From the NCBI RefSeq assembly GCF_000011465.1, contig NC_005072.1, positions 720,001-752,000 on the forward strand: a stretch of DNA of 32,000 nt. The letters are read 5' to 3'. The translations under genes were made by a program, and so were the position numbers. Of this stretch, positions 20,106 through 27,738 are shown piece after piece (the first letter of the stretch is position 1; each line of letters opens with the position of its first letter). The stretch comes from Prochlorococcus marinus subsp. pastoris str. CCMP1986 (GTDB lineage Bacteria; Cyanobacteriota; Cyanobacteriia; PCC-6307; Cyanobiaceae). Under the pieces are notes generated by a model that ran no database searches, was not told the origin of the DNA, and saw nothing but the letters and a program-made list of their open reading frames with translations.

Positions 20106-20618
20106 ATGATTAAATCAATTAATTTCCCTTCCCTCAAAAATGCTTTAATAACTATATTTTTTATTGGAATCCTATTTTTTAATTTTGTAAACTCTGCTTG
20201 GGCTAAACGACCTCCAGAAATAAGAAACCAGCAAGACCTTGATTTAGAGGAAGATATGCATGGTCAAGATCTTAGTGGTAATGAATTTGTAAAGTTCAAT
20301 TTAAATGGATTTGATTTTAGTCAAAGTAACTTGGAGGGCGCAGTTTTTAATAATAGTAAATTGCAAAACGCAACTATGACTGGAGCTAACCTTAGTGACG
20401 CTTTAGCATATGCAACAGATTTTACAGACGCAGATCTTTCAGATGTGAATTTCACAAATGCTTTATTAATGGAAAGTAATTTTGAAGGGGCCAAGATTGA
20501 TGGTGCAGATTTTACGAATGCAGTTCTTAGCCGTATACAACAAAAAGAATTATGTGAAATAGCAAATGGTACTAATAGTTCGACAGGAGAAAGTACAGAA
20601 TATAGTCTTGGTTGTTAA
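20106..20618 (+). CDS. secreted/thylakoid-lumen-type pentapeptide-repeat protein
   Basis: 170 aa. It has a signal peptide with an AxA site (FVNSAWA|KRPPE) and about 20 tandem A(D/N)LxX pentapeptides (e.g. ANLSDALAYATDFTDADLSDVNFTNALLMESNFEGAKIDGADFTNAVL). A C-terminal Cys pair (ELC...LGC) resembles plant lumenal TL15-class proteins. Confidence 0.88.
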   Translation: MIKSINFPSLKNALITIFFIGILFFNFVNSAWAKRPPEIRNQQDLDLEEDMHGQDLSGNEFVKFNLNGFDFSQSNLEGAVFNNSKLQNATMTGANLSDALAYATDFTDADLSDVNFTNALLMESNFEGAKIDGADFTNAVLSRIQQKELCEIANGTNSSTGESTEYSLGC

Positions 20619-20627
20619 AAAACAAAT

Positions 20628-21683
20628 ATGAATAAAAGAATACCTGTAATTGTAATTTCTGGATTTCTTGGGTCTGGTAAGACTACTTTTTTAAGATATT
20701 TACTTAGAGAGAGTAATAAAAAATTTGGGTTAATAATAAACGAATTTGGTGATGTTGGGATTGATGGAGACTTGGTTAAAAGCTGTAATGGTTGTGATGA
20801 TTCAGATGAAGGCTGTATTATTGAATTAAATAATGGTTGTTTATGTTGCACCGTTCAAGATGATTTTATTCCCTCGATAAAATCACTTTTAAATTTTAAT
20901 CCTGACATAGAAGCAATAATCATTGAGACGAGTGGACTTGCCTTACCCTTACCATTGATACAAGCACTCAATTGGCCTGAGATAAGGACATCAATATATC
21001 TTGATGTCGTGATTGGCATAGTCAATGGAGAGTCAATGCTTAAGGGCTCTCCAATAAATGATTTAAATGAAATAACTAATCAGTACGATGAGTTAAATAA
21101 GATTGACCATAATGCATCCATTGACGAACTCTTTGAAGAACAGTTAGAGGTTTCTGATATCGTTCTAATATCTAGAGCAGATGTTTTAAATGAAAAAGAA
21201 TTTAAATCTATCAAAAATTTAATCAAAGAAAAGTTTAATTCAACTGTTCCCATTCTTAAGTCTCTTAATGGCAAAATTGATTTAAAGTATATATTTGATA
21301 TTGATTTAAAAAAGAATAATTATAAAAAATTTATTTCTGAAGAACATGATCATAATCATGTTGAACTTGTCTCTGATTCAGTAAAGTTAAATTATTTTCT
21401 TGACAAAAAAGAATTTGAGAAAGAGATAGCAAACGTTTTAAGTGAAATTGATATTCTTCGAATAAAAGGACGTATATGGATTCCAAAAAAATCATTGCCT
21501 TTGCAAATACAAATAGTTGGAAAAAAAATAAATACTTGGTATGAAGAAGCACCTCTTAATTGTTGGAGGCCAATTGATAGTGGTGGACTTGAATTAGTCA
21601 TAATTTCCTTTGATAGTGAATCGATTAATAAATTTATAAAAAAAATTAAAGAGAAATTTAAGGTTTTAAACGTCCTAAAATAG
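20628..21683 (+). CDS. COG0523 / CobW-family G3E P-loop GTPase (putative metallochaperone)
   Basis: 351 aa. It has Walker A GFLGSGKTT, the metal-binding CxCC motif GCLCCTV, IETSGLA and SRAD. A His-rich linker, EEHDHNHVE (about 21336-21362), sits before the C-terminal CobW_C-like domain. The start is 9 nt after the pentapeptide gene stop. Confidence 0.9.
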   Translation: MNKRIPVIVISGFLGSGKTTFLRYLLRESNKKFGLIINEFGDVGIDGDLVKSCNGCDDSDEGCIIELNNGCLCCTVQDDFIPSIKSLLNFNPDIEAIIIETSGLALPLPLIQALNWPEIRTSIYLDVVIGIVNGESMLKGSPINDLNEITNQYDELNKIDHNASIDELFEEQLEVSDIVLISRADVLNEKEFKSIKNLIKEKFNSTVPILKSLNGKIDLKYIFDIDLKKNNYKKFISEEHDHNHVELVSDSVKLNYFLDKKEFEKEIANVLSEIDILRIKGRIWIPKKSLPLQIQIVGKKINTWYEEAPLNCWRPIDSGGLELVIISFDSESINKFIKKIKEKFKVLNVLK

Positions 21684-21737
21684 GCATTTAATTTTATAGT
21701 AGTTTCTGGAAAAATTTCCCTGATTTCTAAATTGAAA

Positions 21738-21905
21738 ATGGAAGATTCAAAAATTGCTTTTAAACCTAGTATCCTTACTGAAGATTCAATTCCTTGTTTT
21801 AAAGTTATTTGTTCTAAATGTGCTGGGTCAGGTAATTTTAAAACTCCTGAAAACTCAAGAAGAACTTGTTTAGAATGTTTTGGTAAGGGTTATGTAAACG
21901 TTTAA
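21738..21905 (+). CDS. 55-aa DnaJ-type zinc-finger miniprotein (two CxxCxGxG repeats)
   Basis: Absent from the ORF track because it is too short. The hand translation is MEDSKIAFKPSILTEDSIPCFKVICSKCAGSGNFKTPENSRRTCLECFGKGYVNV*. There are two exact CxxCxGxG motifs (CSKCAGSG, CLECFGKG), and A/T-ending codon usage resembles that of its neighbours. In-frame upstream there is only a TTG at 21732 before the TAG at 21681. Confidence 0.65.
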   Translation: MEDSKIAFKPSILTEDSIPCFKVICSKCAGSGNFKTPENSRRTCLECFGKGYVNV

Positions 21906-22006
21906 TTAAATTTTTTTGTTTTTAATGATAAAAATATTTGTTTATTAATTAAGAGTACTTTTTTATTAAATTTTAAACTATTCTTCTATTAGAAATAATT
22001 TTTTAA

Positions 22007-22258
22007 TTGGATCAATTTGAAGTTAAAGTTTTTATAAGGTTAAGACCTTCCGTTCTTGATCCAGCAGGAGAGGCAATAAAGTCTGCTTCCAGCAAACTTG
22101 GAGTCGCAGGAATTAAATCTTTAAGAATAGGAAAATTGATTGAAGTTAAAATCGAAAGTAATGAAGAAGATATTAAAGAAAAAATTGAATTATTATGTGA
22201 TCGATTATTTGCTAATACAGTCATTGAAGACTATGAGTATTCAATAAATAAATTATAA
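22007..22258 (+). CDS. purS: phosphoribosylformylglycinamidine synthase subunit PurS
   Basis: 83 aa. VKVFIRLRPSVLDPAGEAIKSA matches the PurS signature (..K.SVLDPQG..). The TTG start immediately follows an in-frame TAA, so no ATG alternative exists. Confidence 0.9.
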   Translation: MDQFEVKVFIRLRPSVLDPAGEAIKSASSKLGVAGIKSLRIGKLIEVKIESNEEDIKEKIELLCDRLFANTVIEDYEYSINKL

Positions 22259-22924
22259 ATGGCTAGTTTTACGGTTGGTATTGTCGTTTTCCCTGGTTCT
22301 AATTGTGATCGTGATGTTTCCTGGGCTTTAGAAGGTTGTTTAGACATTAAAACAAAATTCTTATGGCATGAATCATCTGATTTGAATGATGTTGATTCAA
22401 TTGTTTTGCCAGGAGGATTTAGTTATGGTGATTATTTAAGATGTGGAGCAATAGCAAGATTCTCTCCATTAATAAATTCTTTACATGACTTTATTAAAAG
22501 CGGAAGACGTGTATTAGGCATATGCAATGGGTTTCAAATTTTAACTGAATCAGGTTTTCTTCCGGGAGCACTTGTTGCTAATAAAAATCTCAATTTCATA
22601 TGTGATGATGTTGACTTGAATGTGATCACTTCGAAAGGAGGTTGGTTTCAAAAGTTAAACGAAAATCAAAATATAAAATTACCAATTGCGCATGGAGAAG
22701 GGTGTTATCATTGCGATCAAGACACTTTAAAAAGACTTGTTGATAATGATTTAATTGCACTGAAATACAAAACTAATCCTAATGGGTCAACTTCTGATAT
22801 AGCTGGTATAACTAATGAGAAAGGAAATGTTTTAGGATTAATGCCTCATCCTGAGCGAGCTTGTGATGAATCTATTGGTGGAATAGATGGTCTCTATACT
22901 TTGAGGTCATTAATTACACAATAA
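22259..22924 (+). CDS. purQ: phosphoribosylformylglycinamidine synthase I, glutaminase subunit PurQ
   Basis: 221 aa. It has [20 protein letters not shown], the catalytic Cys in GICNGFQIL, and MPHPER. The ATG directly abuts the purS TAA. Confidence 0.95.
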   Translation: MASFTVGIVVFPGSNCDRDVSWALEGCLDIKTKFLWHESSDLNDVDSIVLPGGFSYGDYLRCGAIARFSPLINSLHDFIKSGRRVLGICNGFQILTESGFLPGALVANKNLNFICDDVDLNVITSKGGWFQKLNENQNIKLPIAHGEGCYHCDQDTLKRLVDNDLIALKYKTNPNGSTSDIAGITNEKGNVLGLMPHPERACDESIGGIDGLYTLRSLITQ

Positions 22925-22954
22925 AAAAAGACCTCAAATGTTGAGGTCTTTTTT
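22925..22954. terminator. bidirectional intrinsic terminator between convergent purQ and cbbA
   Basis: aaaaagacctcaa (22925-22937), loop atg, ttgaggtcttttt (22941-22953). This is a perfect 13-bp symmetric stem whose A-run and T-run give a U-tract on either strand. Confidence 0.8.
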
Positions 22955-22974
22955 ATTTAGACTTTTCTTAAATA

Positions 22975-24048
22975 TTAAACTGCTGCTTTTACTTTTGGAT
23001 CTAAGTTTCCTTTCGCATAAAGATCAGCGTAATAATTTGTGCTGCTTTGTTTGATCTTACTTGCTTGACCTTCGCACCAGAATTGCTTATATCTATCAAG
23101 ACAAACTTGCTTCATGTATTTTCTGGCAGGTTTATTGAAATGTCTTGGATCGAAGTTTGCTGTGTCTGCAAAAGCAGCTTCTCTAACTGCGGCTGTAAAT
23201 GCAAGTCTATTATCAGTATCGATATTAACTTTCCTTACCCCGTTTCTGATGCCCTCTTGAATTTCTTCTACAGGTACACCGTATGTCTGTGGAATTTCCC
23301 CACCATATTTGTTAATTATATCTAACCATTCTTGAGGAACCGAACTAGATCCATGCATTACAAGGTGAGTATTTGGTAGAGCTTTATGGATCTCAGCAAT
23401 TCTGCTTATCGCAAGAACCTCTCCTGTTGGCTTTCTTGTGAATTTATATGCACCATGACTTGTTCCTATTGCTATGGCTAAAGCATCAACTTTTGTTTTC
23501 GCTACAAAGTCTGCAGCTTCTTCAGGATCAGTTAAAAGCATATCTGTTGAAAGTTCACCTTCGAATCCATGACCATCTTCAGCTTCACCTTTCCCTGTCT
23601 CTAAGGATCCTAAGCAACCTAATTCTCCCTCAACACTAACTCCCACTGAATGTGCGAAGTCTACTACTTTTTTTGTTACGGCAACATTATATTCATAACT
23701 TGCGGGTGTTTTTGCATCTGCCTCTAAAGATCCGTCCATCATTACTGAGGTAAAACCATTAATAGCTGCTGAATAACAAGTTGATGGCTCATTACCATGA
23801 TCTTGATGCATTACAACTGGAATATTTGGATAAGTTTCTGTTGCAGCAAGGATCAGGTGACGAAGGAAAATTTCTCCAGCATAATTTCTTGCTCCTCTTG
23901 AAGCTTGAAGAATTACAGGGCTATCAGTTTCGTAAGCAGCCTCCATGATCGCTTGAACCTGTTCAAGATTATTGACATTAAAAGCTGGTATACCGTAACG
24001 ATTCTCGGCTGCGTGATCTAAAAGTAGTCTCAGTGGAACGAGGGCCAT
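22975..24048 (-). CDS. cbbA: class II fructose-1,6-bisphosphate (and sedoheptulose-1,7-bisphosphate) aldolase
   Basis: 357 aa. It has [17 protein letters not shown], the metal ligands in HQDHG / GTSHGAYKF / LVMHGSS, and the long cyanobacterial CbbA-type C-terminus. Confidence 0.96.
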   Translation of the reverse strand: MALVPLRLLLDHAAENRYGIPAFNVNNLEQVQAIMEAAYETDSPVILQASRGARNYAGEIFLRHLILAATETYPNIPVVMHQDHGNEPSTCYSAAINGFTSVMMDGSLEADAKTPASYEYNVAVTKKVVDFAHSVGVSVEGELGCLGSLETGKGEAEDGHGFEGELSTDMLLTDPEEAADFVAKTKVDALAIAIGTSHGAYKFTRKPTGEVLAISRIAEIHKALPNTHLVMHGSSSVPQEWLDIINKYGGEIPQTYGVPVEEIQEGIRNGVRKVNIDTDNRLAFTAAVREAAFADTANFDPRHFNKPARKYMKQVCLDRYKQFWCEGQASKIKQSSTNYYADLYAKGNLDPKVKAAV

Positions 24049-24098
24049 AATTAAAAATTAATTAGATGCTTAAGAAAAAATAAGCAATATGTTCCGAG

Positions 24099-24128
24099 AT
24101 TTTAATATATAGAGGGATCAAATGTCAC
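24099..24128 (-). promoter_or_regulatory. candidate sigma70-type promoter for cbbA
   Basis: On the minus strand: GTGACA (24128-24123), an 18-nt spacer, then TAAAAT (24104-24099). This would give a leader of about 40-45 nt. It is a pattern match only, in AT-rich DNA. Confidence 0.25.
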
Positions 24129-24150
24129 GTCATTAGATATACAAATCACT

Positions 24151-24176
24151 AAAAAATCGAGTAATAATTGTTACTC
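24151..24176 (-). terminator. weak intrinsic terminator candidate after the oxidoreductase gene
   Basis: On the minus strand: gagtaa / ttactc 6-bp stem (24176-24171 / 24164-24159) with a 6-nt loop, followed by gaTTTTTT (24158-24151). It starts 15 nt after the TAG stop. The stem has only 2 G-C pairs. Confidence 0.3.
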
Positions 24177-24190
24177 AGCAATTTATTTAG

Positions 24191-25294
24191 CTAAATTTTT
24201 ATAGAAATACCACTCTCAGAGGATCTTCTTATTGCTTCACAAACTCTTTGACTAGTAAGTCCCTCAGACAATCCAGGGATTACAGGTGTTTGATTATTGA
24301 TACTCTCAGCCCATAAATTGTGAATTCTCTTAACAGGTGCAATTCTTCCATCAGACCAGGTTTTTTCAAAATTGTAGAGAGGATCCGCAGGCAAATTATA
24401 TGTTTTATCCTCTTTGTTTGAAAATTTTAAATTAAAACCATGTACGTAATCTTTTTGATTCTCACTGCTTAGGAAAAGTGAACCTTCACTTCCGTACACT
24501 TCCAAACTAAATCCTCTTCCATTTTTTGAAATCGAGGATAATGAAACCTGACATGGTATGAGAGCGCTATCGTAATTAGTTATTTCAAGGTTAGCTATAC
24601 AAATATCTTCACTTGTTACTTCCAATATCTTGGAGGAATTAGACAATGATCTTTCATTAATTGATGTTGATATTTTTCCAGATACTTTTATCGATTCTCC
24701 AAAAAACCAGTTCAACATATCGAATGCATGAGTTCCCAAAGCTCCAATTACTCCTCCCCCTTTTTCTCTTAATGAATACCAGTTCCATGCTCTCTTGGGA
24801 TCAGATCTGCTGCCCATTAACCAATCAAGTTTAATTAAATAAATTTTACCTAAAATATTCTCATCAATTATTTTCTTGGTTTGTAGAAAAAGAGGTACTG
24901 CTCTATATTCAAAATCTACGCAAACACTCAAATTATTAATTAAGGATATTCTTTGGAGTTCTTCAATTTCTTCGGAAGTTAAGGCAACAGGTTTTTCTAA
25001 TAAGAGATGTTTATTATTCTCTAGTGCTTCCTTTGCTAATTTAAATCTTGATTCAGGAGATGTAGCAATTATTATACCGTCGATATCTTTAGATTTAACT
25101 AATTTTCCCCAATCATGATAAAAATTTAAACCGGTTTCTTTCTCTAATGATGGTCCTTTTTCTTTTTTATAGTGATAAATTGTAGTTGGAATTAAGTAAT
25201 CTGATTCTTTTAAAGCTTCTAAATGAATTTTTTTTCCAAATCCTAAGCCAGCAATTGCGATTCTTAATTTTCGTGAAATATTAATGTTAGTCAT
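24191..25294 (-). CDS. Gfo/Idh/MocA-family NAD(P)-dependent oxidoreductase
   Basis: 367 aa. It has an N-terminal Rossmann fold (RIAIAGLGFGKKIHLEAL), the EKP motif (LLEKPVALT) and a C-terminal alpha/beta oligomerisation domain. Substrate unknown. Confidence 0.85.
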   Translation of the reverse strand: MTNINISRKLRIAIAGLGFGKKIHLEALKESDYLIPTTIYHYKKEKGPSLEKETGLNFYHDWGKLVKSKDIDGIIIATSPESRFKLAKEALENNKHLLLEKPVALTSEEIEELQRISLINNLSVCVDFEYRAVPLFLQTKKIIDENILGKIYLIKLDWLMGSRSDPKRAWNWYSLREKGGGVIGALGTHAFDMLNWFFGESIKVSGKISTSINERSLSNSSKILEVTSEDICIANLEITNYDSALIPCQVSLSSISKNGRGFSLEVYGSEGSLFLSSENQKDYVHGFNLKFSNKEDKTYNLPADPLYNFEKTWSDGRIAPVKRIHNLWAESINNQTPVIPGLSEGLTSQRVCEAIRRSSESGISIKI

Positions 25295-25683
25295 TAATCT
25301 ATTTTTTCAGAACAACCTTTTTCAATAACAACATCAATAAGCTCATCATTATTTGAAGTTTGCCACTTTGAACCGAACTGTGGGATGCCATTAATTGAAG
25401 TATCTTTATATGTTTTATCATTACAATTAATTCTCATAACATAAAGAGATAATTCTTCTTTATCGCTTGGTTCTTTAGGATTTTTAAGGAACTTTGTTAA
25501 AACTGTTATTTCTCCAGCATTTATTTCCTTAATACTTCCCATATCAATCCATTCCTTACCATCATTATTTTCTTTTAAAAGTACCCAATCTACATTACCG
25601 ATACCATATGCAAATTCAGAGTTATTTAAAATTAGAATTAAAAAGGTAAAACATAAAGAAAAAAATTTAAAAATAATATTCAT
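25294..25683 (-). CDS. small secreted protein (129 aa), function unknown
   Basis: It has a signal peptide (MNIIFKFFSLCFTFLILILNNSEFAYG) and two Cys in the mature part (INCNDKTY ... EKGCSE). The pattern W..L......W.D..SI......I.V..K...........L.....I.C....Y is reminiscent of surface-adhesin-E-like domains; this is tentative. The ATG lies 4 nt after the accD stop, and its TAA shares one base with the next ATG. Confidence 0.65.
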   Translation of the reverse strand: MNIIFKFFSLCFTFLILILNNSEFAYGIGNVDWVLLKENNDGKEWIDMGSIKEINAGEITVLTKFLKNPKEPSDKEELSLYVMRINCNDKTYKDTSINGIPQFGSKWQTSNNDELIDVVIEKGCSEKID

Positions 25684-25687
25684 TTTT

Positions 25688-26566
25688 TTAATTTGTCTGA
25701 ACCAGTTCTTTTACACCATGGATTTTTAAAAGTTTTGTCAAAGTGCTTTTAAGTTCCTTCCTATTTACGATTACATCAACGAATCCATGTTCTAAAAGAT
25801 ATTCTGCTGTTTGAAAATTATCAGGTAATTTTTCTCTTAAAGTTTGTTCTATTACTCTTCTCCCCGCAAATCCAATAAGAGCTTTTGGCTCCGCCAATAT
25901 TAGATCTCCTAACATCGCAAAACTAGCAGTAACTCCACCTGTAGTTGGATGAGTTAATAAAGGCATGTAAAGAAGATTTTTAGCTCTATGTTTTTTTAGT
26001 GCGCCTGATATTTTTGCCATTTGCATAAGGCTTAACATTCCTTCTTGCATTCTTGCTCCACCAGAGGCACAAACAATTAAAATTGGATAGTTTTTAATTG
26101 TTGCTGTTTCAACAATTCTCGTAATCTTTTCTCCTACTACGGATCCCATTGATCCCCCCATAAATCTAAAATCCATTACTGCTAAGGCCAAAGGCATTGA
26201 ATTAACGGAGCATAAACCAGTTATTACTCCATCTTTGAGACCAGTACCCTGTTGACTCTCCTTTATTCGTTCTGAATAAGATCTCCTATCCTTAAATTTT
26301 AATGGGTCAGTGGGACTTAATGATTCATCAAACTCTTTAAATGAATCTTTGTCAGCAATTATATTTATTCTTTCATCGCTATTAATCCTATTATGATGGC
26401 CACAATTACTGCACACATTAAAATTTGAAATTAAATCTTTTCTATAAGCAACTTGCCCACATTCTGAACATTTAACCCAAAGACCATCACTTTCCTCAGG
26501 ATCTTGAGATACCTTCCCAACAAATTGATCTTTTCTCCTTGCGGCAAACCAGTCGATTAAAGACAC
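25688..26566 (-). CDS. accD: acetyl-CoA carboxylase carboxyltransferase beta subunit
   Basis: 292 aa. It has an N-terminal Zn ribbon (CSECGQ...CSNCGHH) and carboxyltransferase motifs ([27 protein letters not shown]). The GTG start is preceded by agagga 5 nt upstream. Confidence 0.95.
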   Translation of the reverse strand: MSLIDWFAARRKDQFVGKVSQDPEESDGLWVKCSECGQVAYRKDLISNFNVCSNCGHHNRINSDERINIIADKDSFKEFDESLSPTDPLKFKDRRSYSERIKESQQGTGLKDGVITGLCSVNSMPLALAVMDFRFMGGSMGSVVGEKITRIVETATIKNYPILIVCASGGARMQEGMLSLMQMAKISGALKKHRAKNLLYMPLLTHPTTGGVTASFAMLGDLILAEPKALIGFAGRRVIEQTLREKLPDNFQTAEYLLEHGFVDVIVNRKELKSTLTKLLKIHGVKELVQTN

Positions 26567-26695
26567 AATATCCTCTGTTTTTTTCTATTTAAGTCTAAAT
26601 AAGGCCCTTTTATCAAGGAAGATATATAAATATTTGAAATTCCTAATTAGTTAAATTTTACAAATACCATAATAAGTTTATTTTCATGAATTTAT

Positions 26696-26725
26696 GCCTT
26701 CAAAAATTAAGATTATTTTGAAGGC
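26696..26725 (-). terminator. perfect 10-bp inverted repeat 3' of prk (terminator or 3'-end stabiliser candidate, no U-tract)
   Basis: gccttcaaaa (26696-26705), a 10-nt loop, ttttgaaggc (26716-26725). It begins 25 nt downstream of the prk TAG (minus strand). No T-run follows on either strand. Confidence 0.3.
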
Positions 26726-26749
26726 TTAAGTAAAAGGAACTAAAACTAT

Positions 26750-27649
26750 CTACGAATGTTTTTTTTCTTCAATCATTTTATGGATTATTGGAGTGAGGAT
26801 CAATTCCATGGCAAAACCCATTTTCCCTCCATTAACAACTATGCTCGTTGGGCTTGACATGAATGAATCATGAATCATTCCCAAAAGATATTGAAAGTCA
26901 ATCCCCCATTTTTCTCTTGCCCCTTTTCTGAAATGTATTATTACAAAACTTTCATCTGGTGTAGGAATGTTTCTACATATAAAGGGATTCGATGTATCAA
27001 TAGTAGGTATTCTCTGGAAATTGATATCCGTTTTACTAAATTGTGGACAAATATGATTTATGTAGTCTGGCATTCTTCTCAAAATAGTATCAACTATGGT
27101 TTCTGCTGAATAACCTCTTTCAGCATTATCCCGATGTATTTTTTGTATCCACTCTAAGTTTGTAATAGGTACAACACCAACAAGTAAGTCTGCATAGGAG
27201 GAAACATTGTATCCTTCTCCCTCAACACCACCATGTAAACCTTCGTAGAAAAGAACATCTGTTCCATTTGGAATATCTTCCCAGGGGGTGAATTGACCTG
27301 GTTCTAATGATGTTCCAAGTCTTGCATTATGTTCCTGTGCTTCTTCAGTGCTGTGAAGATAATATCTTTTTTTACCTCCACCTGATTCACCATAAATTTT
27401 AAAAAGTTCTTCTAATTTGTCAAAAAGATTTGCTTCTGGCCCGAAGTGAGAAAAATTCTCCCCTTTTGAGAGTGCTTCTGCCATTGCTTTTTTCATAGGC
27501 ATTCTTTCAAATCTGTGATAACTATCTCCTTCCACAACAGCTGGAACTATATCTTCTCTTGCAAAAATATGCTCAAATGCTCTTTTTACTGTACTTGTTC
27601 CTGCACCTGATGATCCTGTTACAGCAACTACTGGATGACGTTTAGACAT
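26750..27649 (-). CDS. prk: phosphoribulokinase
   Basis: 299 aa. It has the P-loop VAVTGSSGAGTST and the regulatory/active-site context typical of cyanobacterial and plant PRK (EGDSYHRF, EGLHGG). Confidence 0.96.
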   Translation of the reverse strand: MSKRHPVVAVTGSSGAGTSTVKRAFEHIFAREDIVPAVVEGDSYHRFERMPMKKAMAEALSKGENFSHFGPEANLFDKLEELFKIYGESGGGKKRYYLHSTEEAQEHNARLGTSLEPGQFTPWEDIPNGTDVLFYEGLHGGVEGEGYNVSSYADLLVGVVPITNLEWIQKIHRDNAERGYSAETIVDTILRRMPDYINHICPQFSKTDINFQRIPTIDTSNPFICRNIPTPDESFVIIHFRKGAREKWGIDFQYLLGMIHDSFMSSPTSIVVNGGKMGFAMELILTPIIHKMIEEKKHS

Positions 27650-27738
27650 TTAATTAAAACAATATCCATTGATTCTGACAGGTCATATGCCAACTTTTGT
27701 TCAAGTTAAAGATATTTTTTAATTTATTAATTTTTTAT

